A stretch of 64,000 bases of DNA, from positions 3,616,001 through 3,680,000 of the forward strand of contig CBDDIJ010000003.1 of the NCBI GenBank assembly GCA_965228855.1. Direction: 5' to 3'. Within the stretch, counting starts at the first letter, position 1. Every line of letters begins with the position of its first letter. Source of the DNA: Candidatus Obscuribacterales bacterium. Lineage in GTDB: Bacteria > Cyanobacteriota > Vampirovibrionia > Obscuribacterales > Obscuribacteraceae. Of the stretch, positions 40,210-50,464 are shown in pieces. The notes beneath the pieces were generated by a model. The model did not search any database, was not told the DNA's origin, and was given only the letters and a program-made list of their open reading frames with translations. A program made the position numbers and the translations under genes.

Positions 40210-41004
40210 CTACTCGTCATCGTCGTCATCATTGCCTGGTTTCCGATCTTCCGCGGTGGGTGGCGTACCTTCATAAGTAGGCACGGAAGGCATTCTAATT
40301 ACGCGCGCACGATCCTCTGCGATGCGCATGATCTTTTGAGCCTCTTGCTGATAGGGTGCCCGAATCTCAGCTTCTTGATCATCAGAAAGACCGACACGGC
40401 GCTCTCCGGTTACCACATTTCGGAGACGCTGATTAGTGCTACCTTCGGCCTCTTTGACATGACGCTCCTCGTCTTCTTTAATTTTTCGAACACGCTCGCG
40501 TGCTTCATTCAAAATCGAGTTCCGCTGTTTCTCAACTTCTGCGACTGCAGCCTGATATCGTTCAAAGCGAGCGCGATCTCTCGACGCCCTAGCATCAAGC
40601 TGAGCGGCCGCCTTACCGACAACGCTTGCAGCCTGTGCGCGTTTCGGTCCCTCCGTCAAAATATGCTGGACAGCGGTCTGGCAATTTTTGATCAGAGCGG
40701 GATCTTTCGTATGCTGCATGCATAACTCGTAAGATGCTTTTGCTTCAGCCAGGCGATTAAGCTTCAAAAGCGTGTTGCCCAGCTGATAGTGGGCAGGTGC
40801 GTACGTAGGAGCGTATTTGTTTATGTGCATAAACAGGTGACGCGCGCCCTCATAGTCTCCCTTTTCATACTTTTCACAAGCCTGCTTGTAGTAGTCCTCA
40901 CCAGCATCAGCACGCTGCACAGCAACGAACAGTGTCAAACTCACTATCGCCAACAGGCAACAAAATTTTGTTGGCGAAAATCGCCGAAAGGCTTGCGACA
41001 GCAT
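40210..41004 (-). CDS. Secreted TPR / coiled-coil protein
   Basis: AGGAGG RBS; signal peptide; AHYQLGNTL..L.R..EA...YE TPR; charged helical C-terminus. Confidence 0.75.
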   Translation of the reverse strand: MLSQAFRRFSPTKFCCLLAIVSLTLFVAVQRADAGEDYYKQACEKYEKGDYEGARHLFMHINKYAPTYAPAHYQLGNTLLKLNRLAEAKASYELCMQHTKDPALIKNCQTAVQHILTEGPKRAQAASVVGKAAAQLDARASRDRARFERYQAAVAEVEKQRNSILNEARERVRKIKEDEERHVKEAEGSTNQRLRNVVTGERRVGLSDDQEAEIRAPYQQEAQKIMRIAEDRARVIRMPSVPTYEGTPPTAEDRKPGNDDDDDE

Positions 41005-41207
41005 CAAAGACAACCTCCTGCGCTCACTCCGATACGGCGATTATATGATGGACTTCGAAACATTGCATATCACCCATAGGTGATAAATATTCGAGCAGAC
41101 CTTGACACTTGTCGCGCTCACGTACGGCTATCCCGCAATGCTGAAAACCTCAAAAGCCTGCACTCCTCAAACTTAATAGCGTCAACGACTAAATATTTAC
41201 GGACCAG

Positions 41208-41236
41208 TTGACGCACTAGACCGACCGGTCTATTCT
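41208..41236 (+). promoter_or_regulatory. Promoter with NemR-type TetR operator, copy 1
   Basis: TTGACG-N17-TATTCT with TAGACC-GACC-GGTCTA at 41217-41232. Confidence 0.85.
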
Positions 41237-41387
41237 GTTAACAGTGGACCGGAAATAATCAACATCACTTCGGGTTCGGAACGCCTTTCCGAACAGCGAC
41301 TGGTTTTGCGTGCAAAACTCCTGCACTCGTTGACGTTTCATAACGGATAACTCCGAGCACCACATCTGGTTGCAGAGGTATGTGGAA

Positions 41388-44300
41388 ATGTGGATCGTTC
41401 AGTTAGCACTCAGGCGCCCTTACACTTTCGTTGTTATGGCGATTATGATCTTGATCATGGGCGTATATTCAATCAGGAATATGCCGGTGGACGTATTCCC
41501 GGACATAGATATCCCAGTCATTAGCGTCATCTGGACTTACACAGGACTTCCGGCCGAGGAATTCGAGCGACGCCTTACGATGTACAGCGAATACGCTCTT
41601 TCCGCGAACGTTAAAGACGTAAAGTCGATGGAGTCTCAAACCCTGGATGGAGTCGGAGTAATTCGCCTGTATTTCCACCCTGGCGCGAACGTGGAGTCAG
41701 CCATGTCGCAGGCGACAGCTGTTTCCCAAGCAATTCTTCGCCGCATGCCGCCCGGTGTTCAACCGCCGATTATTCTGCGCTACACAGCGGCATCCGTTCC
41801 CATTATCCAGCTATCTTTGCGCAGTAACACCCTTAGCGAATCGGAACTATACGACTACGGGATATTTCGCATAAGGCAGGCACTAGCTGTGGTGCAGGGC
41901 ACCACTCTACCAGCTCCATACGGCGGTAAGGTCCGTCAGATCATGGTCGATATAGATCCAATGGCACTCCAGTCAAAAGGGCTCTCGCCACGCGATATCA
42001 ACGACGCAATCAATGCGCAAAACCTTGCATCGCCCTCGGGTAAGGCAAAAATCGGAGATACCGACTATCGCGTACTGTTAAACAACACTCCGGAAGTCGC
42101 GACAGCCATAGCCGACATTCCTATTAAGCAGGTGAACGGAAAGCTAGTATTCGTGCGCGATGTCGCGCACGTTCGAGACGGCTACGCAGTTCAACAAAAC
42201 ATTGTTCGCTCCGGAGGTGTGCGCTCAGTCCTCGTTACTCTATTGAAAAACGGCAAGACGTCCACATTGGACATTGTCAATCAAATCAAAAGCATGGTGC
42301 CGACTTTGCAAGCGGCAGCACCACCCGGAATGCACATAGAACAACTTTTCGACCAATCACTATTCGTCAAGGCCGCAGTAGACAACGTCGTGCATGAGGG
42401 GATTATCGCAGCATGCTTGACTGGCGCGATGATCTTGCTATTCCTAGGAAGCTGGCGCAGCACGCTGATCGTGCTCATCTCAATTCCATTGGCTATCCTC
42501 TCGTCGATCATGGCACTGAGCGCGCTCGGTATGTCATTGAACATCATGACACTCGGCGGATTGGCTCTCGCAATCGGTATTCTAGTCGACGACGCCACAG
42601 TCGAAATTGAAAACATTCACCGAAATATCGGACTTGGAAAAGATCTGCAAACGGCAATCCTCGACGGAGCTCAGCAGATCGCGGTGCCAACTTTTGTGGC
42701 AACCTCGGCCATTTGTATCGTGTTTATTCCCGTAGTCCTTCTCGATGGACCGGCGCGTTTTCTCTTCGTTCCATTCGCACTGGCCGTAGTATTTGCCGTG
42801 TTTTCCTCATACATATTGTCGAGAACGCTGGTACCAGTTATGGTGAAATACATTCTTGCCGGAGAATTGAATTCGCACGGCAATCATACGAAAAACCTAT
42901 TCGCTCGACTCCACGACGCCTTCAACGAGGGCTTCGAGCGATTCCGAGCCCTTTACTTAAACGGATTGCGTTTTTCCCTCGACGCGCCATGGGCAATTGT
43001 GGGACTTGCTTCGTTTGTACTACTTTCCAGTTTATGCCTGCTTCCGTTCGTTGGACGCGACTTCTTTCCTCTAGTTGATGCAGGTCAGTTCAGGCTGCAC
43101 GTCAAGGCTCCAAGCGGAACACGAGTCGAGAAAACAGAACAGGCATTCAGCGCAGTTGAAGCCGAAATTAGAAAGGTAATACCGCCGGAGGAAATAGAGC
43201 TTTTGATCGATAACATCGGTGTGCCCGCAGAAGCATTCAACATGGCGTTCGGCGACAGCGCGACGATTGGCACCGCCGATGGTGAGATCCTGGTATCACT
43301 CAAACACCATCGCAAGCATTCAACACCAGAGTATATGAAGTTAGTGCGGAATGCGCTGAATGAAAAATTTCCAAATCTTACCTTCTACTACCAACCGGCC
43401 GACATTGTCAATCAGATACTTAGCTTCGGCTTGCCCGCTCCCATCGACATTCGCGTAGCAGGCTACAACAAGCAGGAGAATCTCGCGATTGCGCACGAGA
43501 TCATCGAACGAGTAAAAAAAGTGCGGGGAGCCGCTGACGTTCATCTGCATCAAGAAGTCGACGCTCCGCAACTTAAGCTCAACGTGGACCGCTCACGAGC
43601 AGCTCGATTCGGCTTGTCGCAGAGAGACGTCAGCAATGACGTGCTCGTTTCGCTCTCTTCAAACACACAAGTTACACCGAACTACTGGATCGATCCGGCT
43701 ACAGGGGTTCAATACCTTGTGGGCATTCAGACGCCGCAATACAAGGTCGATTCCATAGATTCAATTTTGAGAACGCCGCTATCGACTAAAGGTCTCACCG
43801 ACAAAGCCGAACTGCTCGGCAACATTGCCACCATTGAGCGCGCGAAAGGCTTCGGAGTCGTAAATCACTTCAACATCCAGCCTGTATTCGACATCTACGC
43901 AAACGTGCAATCGAGAGATCTCGGCGGTGTTTCTCAGGACATTCAGAAAATAGTAGATGAATATAGACCGAGGATGAAGCCCGGAAATCAAATCATTGTG
44001 CGCGGTCTGGTAGAAAGCATGGACAGCGCGTTCTTCAAACTTGGTATCGGCTTTATCGGCGCAATTGTTTTCGTCTATCTGCTTATGGTTGTGAATTTCC
44101 AGAGTTGGCGAGATCCAATGATTATCATCATGGCGTTGCCCGGAGCGTTTGCAGGGATTGTCTGGATATTATTTCTCACCACCACCACATTCAACGTTCC
44201 CTCACTGATGGGCGCAATCATGAGTATCGGTGTCGCCACAGCAAACAGTATTCTCATGATCACCTTCGCAAACGAGCAGTTAGACGAAGGGCTGGATGTA

Positions 44301-44573
44301 CGGTCCGCCGCTCTGGAAGCAGGCAAAACAAGATTGCGGCCAGTCTTGATGACGGCGCTCGCGATGATAGTCGGTATGATTCCGATGTCTCTCGGTCTCG
44401 GTGAAGGCGGCGAACAGAACGCTCCGCTCGGGCGCGCCGTCATCGGTGGACTCTCACTGGCGACACTGTTCACTCTATTCTTCGTCCCGGTGGTGTTCTA
44501 TATGGTCCGCAACCGAAGACAGACGGTCGCGGCTGCACCTCTGCAAAATCAGCCAGAGCAGGCTCCGGTTTAA
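41388..44573 (+). CDS. RND efflux permease (AcrB/AcrD/AcrF family)
   Basis: ~1060 aa, 12-TM layout, GILVDDA, TRLRPVLMTA; GAGG RBS favours ATG 41388. Confidence 0.95.
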   Translation: MWIVQLALRRPYTFVVMAIMILIMGVYSIRNMPVDVFPDIDIPVISVIWTYTGLPAEEFERRLTMYSEYALSANVKDVKSMESQTLDGVGVIRLYFHPGANVESAMSQATAVSQAILRRMPPGVQPPIILRYTAASVPIIQLSLRSNTLSESELYDYGIFRIRQALAVVQGTTLPAPYGGKVRQIMVDIDPMALQSKGLSPRDINDAINAQNLASPSGKAKIGDTDYRVLLNNTPEVATAIADIPIKQVNGKLVFVRDVAHVRDGYAVQQNIVRSGGVRSVLVTLLKNGKTSTLDIVNQIKSMVPTLQAAAPPGMHIEQLFDQSLFVKAAVDNVVHEGIIAACLTGAMILLFLGSWRSTLIVLISIPLAILSSIMALSALGMSLNIMTLGGLALAIGILVDDATVEIENIHRNIGLGKDLQTAILDGAQQIAVPTFVATSAICIVFIPVVLLDGPARFLFVPFALAVVFAVFSSYILSRTLVPVMVKYILAGELNSHGNHTKNLFARLHDAFNEGFERFRALYLNGLRFSLDAPWAIVGLASFVLLSSLCLLPFVGRDFFPLVDAGQFRLHVKAPSGTRVEKTEQAFSAVEAEIRKVIPPEEIELLIDNIGVPAEAFNMAFGDSATIGTADGEILVSLKHHRKHSTPEYMKLVRNALNEKFPNLTFYYQPADIVNQILSFGLPAPIDIRVAGYNKQENLAIAHEIIERVKKVRGAADVHLHQEVDAPQLKLNVDRSRAARFGLSQRDVSNDVLVSLSSNTQVTPNYWIDPATGVQYLVGIQTPQYKVDSIDSILRTPLSTKGLTDKAELLGNIATIERAKGFGVVNHFNIQPVFDIYANVQSRDLGGVSQDIQKIVDEYRPRMKPGNQIIVRGLVESMDSAFFKLGIGFIGAIVFVYLLMVVNFQSWRDPMIIIMALPGAFAGIVWILFLTTTTFNVPSLMGAIMSIGVATANSILMITFANEQLDEGLDVRSAALEAGKTRLRPVLMTALAMIVGMIPMSLGLGEGGEQNAPLGRAVIGGLSLATLFTLFFVPVVFYMVRNRRQTVAAAPLQNQPEQAPV

Positions 44574-44644
44574 TCCTTTACGCAGTCAGGCGCTTTGGCC
44601 AAACCTTGCATTCAGAAATTGAGTTTAAATTAGGCAAAAGGGCC

Positions 44645-44673
44645 TTGACGCATTAGACCGACCGGTCTATTCT
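44645..44673 (+). promoter_or_regulatory. Promoter with NemR-type TetR operator, copy 2
   Basis: TTGACG-N17-TATTCT with an identical TAGACCGACCGGTCTA at 44654-44669. Confidence 0.85.
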
Positions 44674-44790
44674 ATTAGTATCGACGGAAAAACAGACAAC
44701 GCTTGAGGCACTTGTTGTGTTTCAGCCCATATTTTGCGTGCACCACCCACGGTGTCAGGCCGTTGTCTGCTGAATTTAGAGGTATCCTTC

Positions 44791-46326
44791 ATGATGACGG
44801 AACAAACAACAAAAGAGTCACCGCTAGCTAACAGAGACGAAGCTTGCGAAGGCGTTTGTTCGTCGCCGACTTCATTCAAGCCGTTGAGAATCGATTCTAG
44901 CGCGCCCCAGGACAGTTTTCACGCAACACGTCTGGATACAAGGTCGACCGCGAAATTGGCGACAGCGAACCTGGTAAAAAAGAAATCGAATGCATTTGCG
45001 CGGCTGATTGGCGCGTCCAGCCTTGTCATGGCAATGGCATTACCAATCGGCATAGTGCCTCGCATTTTTCAAAACCAGGAAATTGACAAAGCTCATGCCA
45101 GAGCGGAAGCGGAGGTACAAACGCCGGTTGTTTCTGTTTCAAAAACAGAATTGGCGTCGACGCAATTAAATTTGAGCTTGCCGGGCGCAATTGAAGCTAT
45201 CGTCGAGACGCCCATTTACGCTCGCACGAACGGCTACGTCAAACAACGCTATGCAGACATAGGCGATAGAGTAAAAACAGGACAGCTGTTGGCGGCCATC
45301 GAAACGCCAGAGGTCGATGAAAGTCAAAAGGAATCAGAAGCGCAAGTATTGACGAACATCGCTGGAAAGGCACAGAGCGAAGCCAATCGAGATCGAGCCA
45401 GGGCAGACCTTGCTAAAGCAATCGCGGACTTGTCCCAATCAAAAGCAAACTTGGTTCAGCTGGAAGCTGATGAGAAATTCGCACGAACGACATTCGCTCG
45501 TTGGCAGAAACTCGGCGCTGACGGCGCAGTTTCGCTACAAGACGTTGACGAAAAGGAAACGCGATTAAAAACTGCTCGCGCATCCAAGCAGGCTGGAATT
45601 GATCGAGTAAGCGGAGCAGAACAGGAAGTAGTAGCCGCGAGAGCCAGACTGAAAGCCGAACAAGCCAATGTGGATGTAAGTGCAGCCAACATAATTGCAG
45701 CGCAAGCGCGAGCAAATCGCTCTGCCTCTGAAAAAGGATTTCAAAACGTCACCAGTCCATTCGCCGGTGTAATCACCGAGCGCAACATCGATCAGGGCGC
45801 GCTTGTCTCATCGGGAAGCGACAGTTCTCGTCAACCGCTCTACAAATTGGCGCGCATCGACACCGCGAAGGTGTACGTAGATGTGCCACAGTACTCGGCT
45901 AAGGGCATCCGAGTTGGGCAACCGGTGAAGGTTTTTCTCAAGGAGTTTCCTGGAAAAACTTTCACCGGAACCGTTGCCCGCACGTCGGTTGCCCTCGACG
46001 CCACCGCTCGCACGCTGAGAACCGAGATACACATAGCGAACCGCGACTTGCTGCTTGTGCCCGGTATGTACGCAGACGTGACCTTTTCAGTACCTCGCTC
46101 TAGCGAAGTAGCGCTTGTCCCGTCCAATGCGCTGATCATGCGCGGAGAGGGACCACAGGTCATCACATTAACAAAAAACAACCGCGTGCACTATCGCCCC
46201 GTACAGCTCGGAGAGGACCTCGGCAAGCAAATTGAAGTGATCGCTGGTCTTCCAAAAGACTCGCTGGTAGTCGTGAATCCAATGGACACGCTCACAGAGG
46301 GAGCAACCGTAAAGGTGAACAAATAA
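44791..46326 (+). CDS. RND periplasmic adaptor (membrane fusion protein)
   Basis: IYARTNGYV..DIGDRVKTGQLLA, long coiled coil, SPFAGVITER, LVPGMY. Confidence 0.93.
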   Translation: MMTEQTTKESPLANRDEACEGVCSSPTSFKPLRIDSSAPQDSFHATRLDTRSTAKLATANLVKKKSNAFARLIGASSLVMAMALPIGIVPRIFQNQEIDKAHARAEAEVQTPVVSVSKTELASTQLNLSLPGAIEAIVETPIYARTNGYVKQRYADIGDRVKTGQLLAAIETPEVDESQKESEAQVLTNIAGKAQSEANRDRARADLAKAIADLSQSKANLVQLEADEKFARTTFARWQKLGADGAVSLQDVDEKETRLKTARASKQAGIDRVSGAEQEVVAARARLKAEQANVDVSAANIIAAQARANRSASEKGFQNVTSPFAGVITERNIDQGALVSSGSDSSRQPLYKLARIDTAKVYVDVPQYSAKGIRVGQPVKVFLKEFPGKTFTGTVARTSVALDATARTLRTEIHIANRDLLLVPGMYADVTFSVPRSSEVALVPSNALIMRGEGPQVITLTKNNRVHYRPVQLGEDLGKQIEVIAGLPKDSLVVVNPMDTLTEGATVKVNK

Positions 46327-46409
46327 GCACGGCGAAGCCACTCTCTTAATTCGTTGACAAGATCGATGAGCCGTTTTAGGCTTTAGATGTAGTCAGCAAG
46401 GATATTTTT

Positions 46410-47009
46410 ATGAGCCCCAAAGTCGCAGCCAAACAAGAAACGCGCCAGGCGCTGTTAGAAGTCGGCATGGACATAATGCTCGAAAAGGGTTACACAAACA
46501 CGGGTATTCAGGAAATCCTGACTGCGCTCCAGGTGCCGAAAGGCTCTTTCTATCACTATTTCGACAGCAAAGAGAATTATGCCGTTGAAATCATTCGCCA
46601 CTTTGATGAAACATATTCGAGCACACTGCAGACAATTCTCAGAAATCAGAACAATACACCACTTCAGAGGCTGAAAGAGTATTGCCTGACGGGGAAATCG
46701 ATGATGGTTGCCCAGGAATGCCGCAAAGGATGCCTGATCGGAAATCTCAGCCAGGAGATGTCGGACCAGAGCGAAGTTCTCAGGACCGAGCTTTCCATCG
46801 TCATGCGCAAGTGGAGAGACCTGTTTGCGGCGTGTATCGACGAAGGTCAGCAGACAGGTGAGATACTCCCTGGTATTTCGGCTGACTCACTAGCTGAACT
46901 ATTCCTCTCCGGCTGGAGCGGTGCGGTCATGCGTGCAAAGACGGTTAAACAAATCGAGCCGATGGAAGTATTCATCGATTTGATGGTCGACAATCTGCTC
47001 AAAGCATAG
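46410..47009 (+). CDS. TetR family regulator, NemR-like
   Basis: HTH with VPKGSFYHYFDSKE; GCLIGNL with the conserved Cys (C108). Confidence 0.9.
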   Translation: MSPKVAAKQETRQALLEVGMDIMLEKGYTNTGIQEILTALQVPKGSFYHYFDSKENYAVEIIRHFDETYSSTLQTILRNQNNTPLQRLKEYCLTGKSMMVAQECRKGCLIGNLSQEMSDQSEVLRTELSIVMRKWRDLFAACIDEGQQTGEILPGISADSLAELFLSGWSGAVMRAKTVKQIEPMEVFIDLMVDNLLKA

Positions 47010-47138
47010 AGGACGCTGAAGCACCATCGGTGGTGAACAGTACGGTGTAGCGCCGCCTCGAGTTCAAAATGCGACGGCGGCGGCTGTTTAAAAACTGCGC
47101 TAACTGCCACCATATATGGGGCAGCATGTACGCAGTAA

Positions 47139-47510
47139 TTAGTGCATCATCGAGCGAGTTACTTGCAGTTTAAAATCGAGATCTGTGCAGATTGGTTTCA
47201 GAATGGATGAAACGAAATGACGGACGAGATAGTCGTTATCCTGCAAGGTAATCGGTGATTCGGAGCCGATAAGACCAGAATCTCTCAAATAGAACACATA
47301 GGGTCTATCAGCGCTGCAAAAGAAGCGCAAGAAACCGGTCGTCGAATTGGCAGTAAAACGATACTCCTGCACTTCGTCTCCGGTGCGGCGGCGACCGTCG
47401 TCGGCAACTTGCCAACCATCGCGAAGTGACTTTGAAATCGCTGTGAGCAAATGCGGAAGTTTTTTCTTGTCGCCGTGAACGTAAATGTTCAGATACCGTG
47501 ATTGTGACAT
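47139..47510 (-). CDS. Hypothetical protein
   Basis: ~123-aa ORF filling the gap; start uncertain. Confidence 0.5.
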   Translation of the reverse strand: MSQSRYLNIYVHGDKKKLPHLLTAISKSLRDGWQVADDGRRRTGDEVQEYRFTANSTTGFLRFFCSADRPYVFYLRDSGLIGSESPITLQDNDYLVRHFVSSILKPICTDLDFKLQVTRSMMH

Positions 47511-47628
47511 AGTGCCTGTGCCTGCTGAGAATAAAGCCTCTAACAATATGAGAACACAAAACGCCTATGGAATGTATAAATCCGTGCCCTTTGTAACAAG
47601 GATTTGACTGTTGAAAATATTGTGAACA

Positions 47629-47770
47629 GGGGACTGCCAGCAGTTACAGGGCTACTGGAGCCCACTGGATGCGGCGAAAGCGGTTTACAGTCAGATATAA
47701 GCGCGGACTCAATGAAACCGGTATAAGGAAACGCCGCGCCCGTGACCACCTCCGGCTATCTCCAACGAAA
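47629..47770 (+). ncRNA. ssrS: Probable 6S RNA (ends approximate)
   Basis: Intergenic rod-like fold: GGGGA/TCTCC, GCC/GGC, TTAC-GGGC/GCCC-GTGA closing stem; central bubble; inner ACTGG/CCGGT stem; motifs CAGGGC, CGGTTT, AGTCAGAT and CCGGT..AAGGAAA resemble cyanobacterial 6S RNA as I recall it. Confidence 0.7.
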
Positions 47771-47896
47771 ATGTGCGGCTTGCCGCCTAAAAGCCAGATT
47801 TGCTCTTGAAAAGCCTGCCTGGTTTTAGACGGCACATAGCCAGAAAGCACGCATAACGCGATACGATAGGTAAATCAGCCCAGGAGTCAGGGACCT

Positions 47897-48463
47897 ATGC
47901 AGCAGCCCTTTCAACAATCAATCGAGCAGAGCAGCGAGCTGCTGAACCAGCTCGACGCCGGTATAGTGGAACAGGAGGCAGCATCAAGACAGATCGCCGA
48001 CCTTCTTGCGGAACTTGCAACCGCTCGAGGGTTCTTTGTAGCCCTTCTGACAGGCGACTGGAGCTTCGATTGCCGGATTCCTGATATCGTCATCGATACC
48101 ATAAGAGCAAATCCTGAGCATGCCTTCAACCTTGTTGCCAAAAACCTGGTGATGTCGAGTGCCACTGCGGTCAGTCACAGGAAGTCCGGAGACCCGGTGC
48201 TTGAGAAGGGTTCTCAGCGAGTGGTAGACAGAAGTAGTGCTCTTATTATCGCGTTGAACGAGCCAGAGATGACGCAGGAAGTGGCAGATTTACTGACCGC
48301 AGTTGAGGACAGGTTGAAACATTCAACTACAACGGGCGGCAACGCAGGCACCTATGGCGCTTTCCTGGAACGCTGGTCATACAATGATGAGCAATTGCTT
48401 GTCGCATCGAATAACTTGAAAACAGTTATTGCACGCCTCGAGCCTTCGAAGCCAAAGCTGTAG
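47897..48463 (+). CDS. Helical hypothetical protein
   Basis: 188-aa ORF with RBS; ARGFFVALL, VAKNLVMSSA. Confidence 0.7.
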   Translation: MQQPFQQSIEQSSELLNQLDAGIVEQEAASRQIADLLAELATARGFFVALLTGDWSFDCRIPDIVIDTIRANPEHAFNLVAKNLVMSSATAVSHRKSGDPVLEKGSQRVVDRSSALIIALNEPEMTQEVADLLTAVEDRLKHSTTTGGNAGTYGAFLERWSYNDEQLLVASNNLKTVIARLEPSKPKL

Positions 48464-49376
48464 ATGCTTTAGACGCGCCGCCCGGAGACAGTGGATTGGC
48501 GATTACAAGGTCACTCTGCAACTGTACTTCCAATTGAACACCTGATGGAATCGAGATACAGCCGCCCTTGTTGGCTATGCCAGTGATTATAAAGCCACCT
48601 GGAAGCCCCTTCACGGCGCCGACAACACCCCCTTTAGCCCTCGTCAAAGCGTCTTCTTTGAGAACCGGTTTATCGAACGCATACTGCGGCTGAATCACGC
48701 CGGCGGTCCCGGAAAGAATCGGTCCGGTTATAAACTTGAATGGTCCTGTCGCCCAACTCACCGCAGAAATGGCGACGCCTTCGGCACCGTATTTAACACC
48801 ACTCCACTTTACACTTATTGCCCCATCTTTGTGAACACACAATTCGTGTTCGTCCTGTGGACCACGAACAGGTGTTCCAGGCGCGGGCCGGGCATCGATT
48901 GGCAATCTCGGAGAGCCATTTGACGGCTCCAGCGCGTTGAAGTGTATTTCGATTGCACCATTGGCGTTTAACCAATTCTTGGAGGTAACTTTTGACTTCA
49001 GCACATTACGCGGATTCTGAACATTAGACACCCAGCCTACGATTCGACTCCCTTTCGGCGCAATGTTTTTCCCTGACAAACTGATGTCTTCGATCAGCAT
49101 TCCCGTTATCGGCTGCCCAACTTTAATCGTCCGACTTGAAAGCGGCGTAACGAGCGTGACAGGGAACACTGACCCTGCCTTCAAAACAGAAACACCGCGC
49201 CCAAACTCGGGGATTAATTTCATCGAGCCCGGACTCATTGAAATCGGACCGCGGAGAGAATGCTCAGAATGATTCGCCTTCGCGCTCAAGAACGGACAAA
49301 GCGCAAAAACAAGTCCTAATGCGCCATGCAGGCAATAGGAAACTGGAAGCGAATGAGTTAATCGTTTCTCTGGCAC
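48426..49376 (-). CDS. Secreted hypothetical protein with a TrbI/VirB10-like beta region
   Basis: Signal-like N-terminus; G..FPVTLVTPLSS...VGQ.I.G.L.ED...APKGSRIVG.V. Confidence 0.55.
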   Translation of the reverse strand: MPEKRLTHSLPVSYCLHGALGLVFALCPFLSAKANHSEHSLRGPISMSPGSMKLIPEFGRGVSVLKAGSVFPVTLVTPLSSRTIKVGQPITGMLIEDISLSGKNIAPKGSRIVGWVSNVQNPRNVLKSKVTSKNWLNANGAIEIHFNALEPSNGSPRLPIDARPAPGTPVRGPQDEHELCVHKDGAISVKWSGVKYGAEGVAISAVSWATGPFKFITGPILSGTAGVIQPQYAFDKPVLKEDALTRAKGGVVGAVKGLPGGFIITGIANKGGCISIPSGVQLEVQLQSDLVIANPLSPGGASKASTALASKARGVQ

Positions 49377-49678
49377 CTTTATCAGACACCACCCCTGATA
49401 TCACCTCATGGTATCACGGACGGGGCTTTTGTCCAGAAGGACTGTAGTCGCAGGAGTTATTCGCTGACAGTCAAAAACAGGCCCGGAAAATAGTTGGCTT
49501 TAGCTATGAGAGTTTCAACAAATGACGAAACGCGTCACAGAATTCGAATCGTTGCGAATTGTTCAGGGGGCGCTATCGTCGCAAATCAGAGCGATTTCTG
49601 CTTCCTTAGAGAAACGGCAGGAGACCCAGATTCGAGCTTGCTATTATATTATTGGCAGCATCGGAGTTGTAAACAACA

Positions 49679-50434
49679 TTGGGTCGGCTCAACACAATCA
49701 TCTTCGGCATCTACTTCTTCAGCACCAGCCTGTTCATGGTCAGCATTGCAGCGCTAGTCTGTTTCTTCACTGCTCCATTCGACCCTAATCGACGAATTCT
49801 TCACTACTTCGCGTCGTTCTGGGCGATGATTTATATTTACTCGAACCCATGGTGGCGCATAAGGTACGAAGGGCGGGAAAACATCGATCCGAGTAAAACC
49901 TATGTGCTGGTGGCAAATCACACATCATTCTGGGACATCTGGGTCTTGTACGGCTTGTACAAACCGTTCAAATGGGTATCGAAGGAAACCATCTTTAACG
50001 TCCCGTTCGTCGGGTTGAACATGCGACTCAACCAATATGTCGAAATCAAGCGCGGTGACTTGAAGAGCATTAAAGAGATGATGACGACCTGCAAGATGTG
50101 GCTCAACCGCGGCGCATCGATCATGCTTTTTCCAGAAGGCACACGTAGCGAAGACGGTGAGATACACCACTTTCGAGATGGTGCGTTCAGGCTTGCGGTC
50201 GACTGCAATGTGCCTGTTGTGCCGATTATCGTAAAAGGAACCTACGAGATTTTCCCGAAGGATTCAAAAGCTTTGAACTTCAAATCAGACATTGTTGTGC
50301 GTGTTTTGCAGCCTGTTCACCCTGACGAATTCGACCGTAGTTCCGGCTTGATGCGCAAGCACGTTCAGGAGCTGATTATGGAAAATTATGATGAGCTGCG
50401 CGGCAAAAAGAAGATTACCAGCGACAAACACTAA
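49679..50434 (+). CDS. plsC: 1-acyl-sn-glycerol-3-phosphate acyltransferase
   Basis: NHTSFWD (NHxxxxD), FPEGTRS, PVVP. Confidence 0.9.
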   Translation: MGRLNTIIFGIYFFSTSLFMVSIAALVCFFTAPFDPNRRILHYFASFWAMIYIYSNPWWRIRYEGRENIDPSKTYVLVANHTSFWDIWVLYGLYKPFKWVSKETIFNVPFVGLNMRLNQYVEIKRGDLKSIKEMMTTCKMWLNRGASIMLFPEGTRSEDGEIHHFRDGAFRLAVDCNVPVVPIIVKGTYEIFPKDSKALNFKSDIVVRVLQPVHPDEFDRSSGLMRKHVQELIMENYDELRGKKKITSDKH

Positions 50435-50464
50435 TCATCGGCGATTTGAATCACAGCCTATCAG

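Noticed and set aside
46354..46382. Possible third NemR box in the tetR promoter (TTGACA-N17-TAGGCT)
   Set aside because: The spacer AGATCGATGAGCCGTTT is too degenerate and not palindromic
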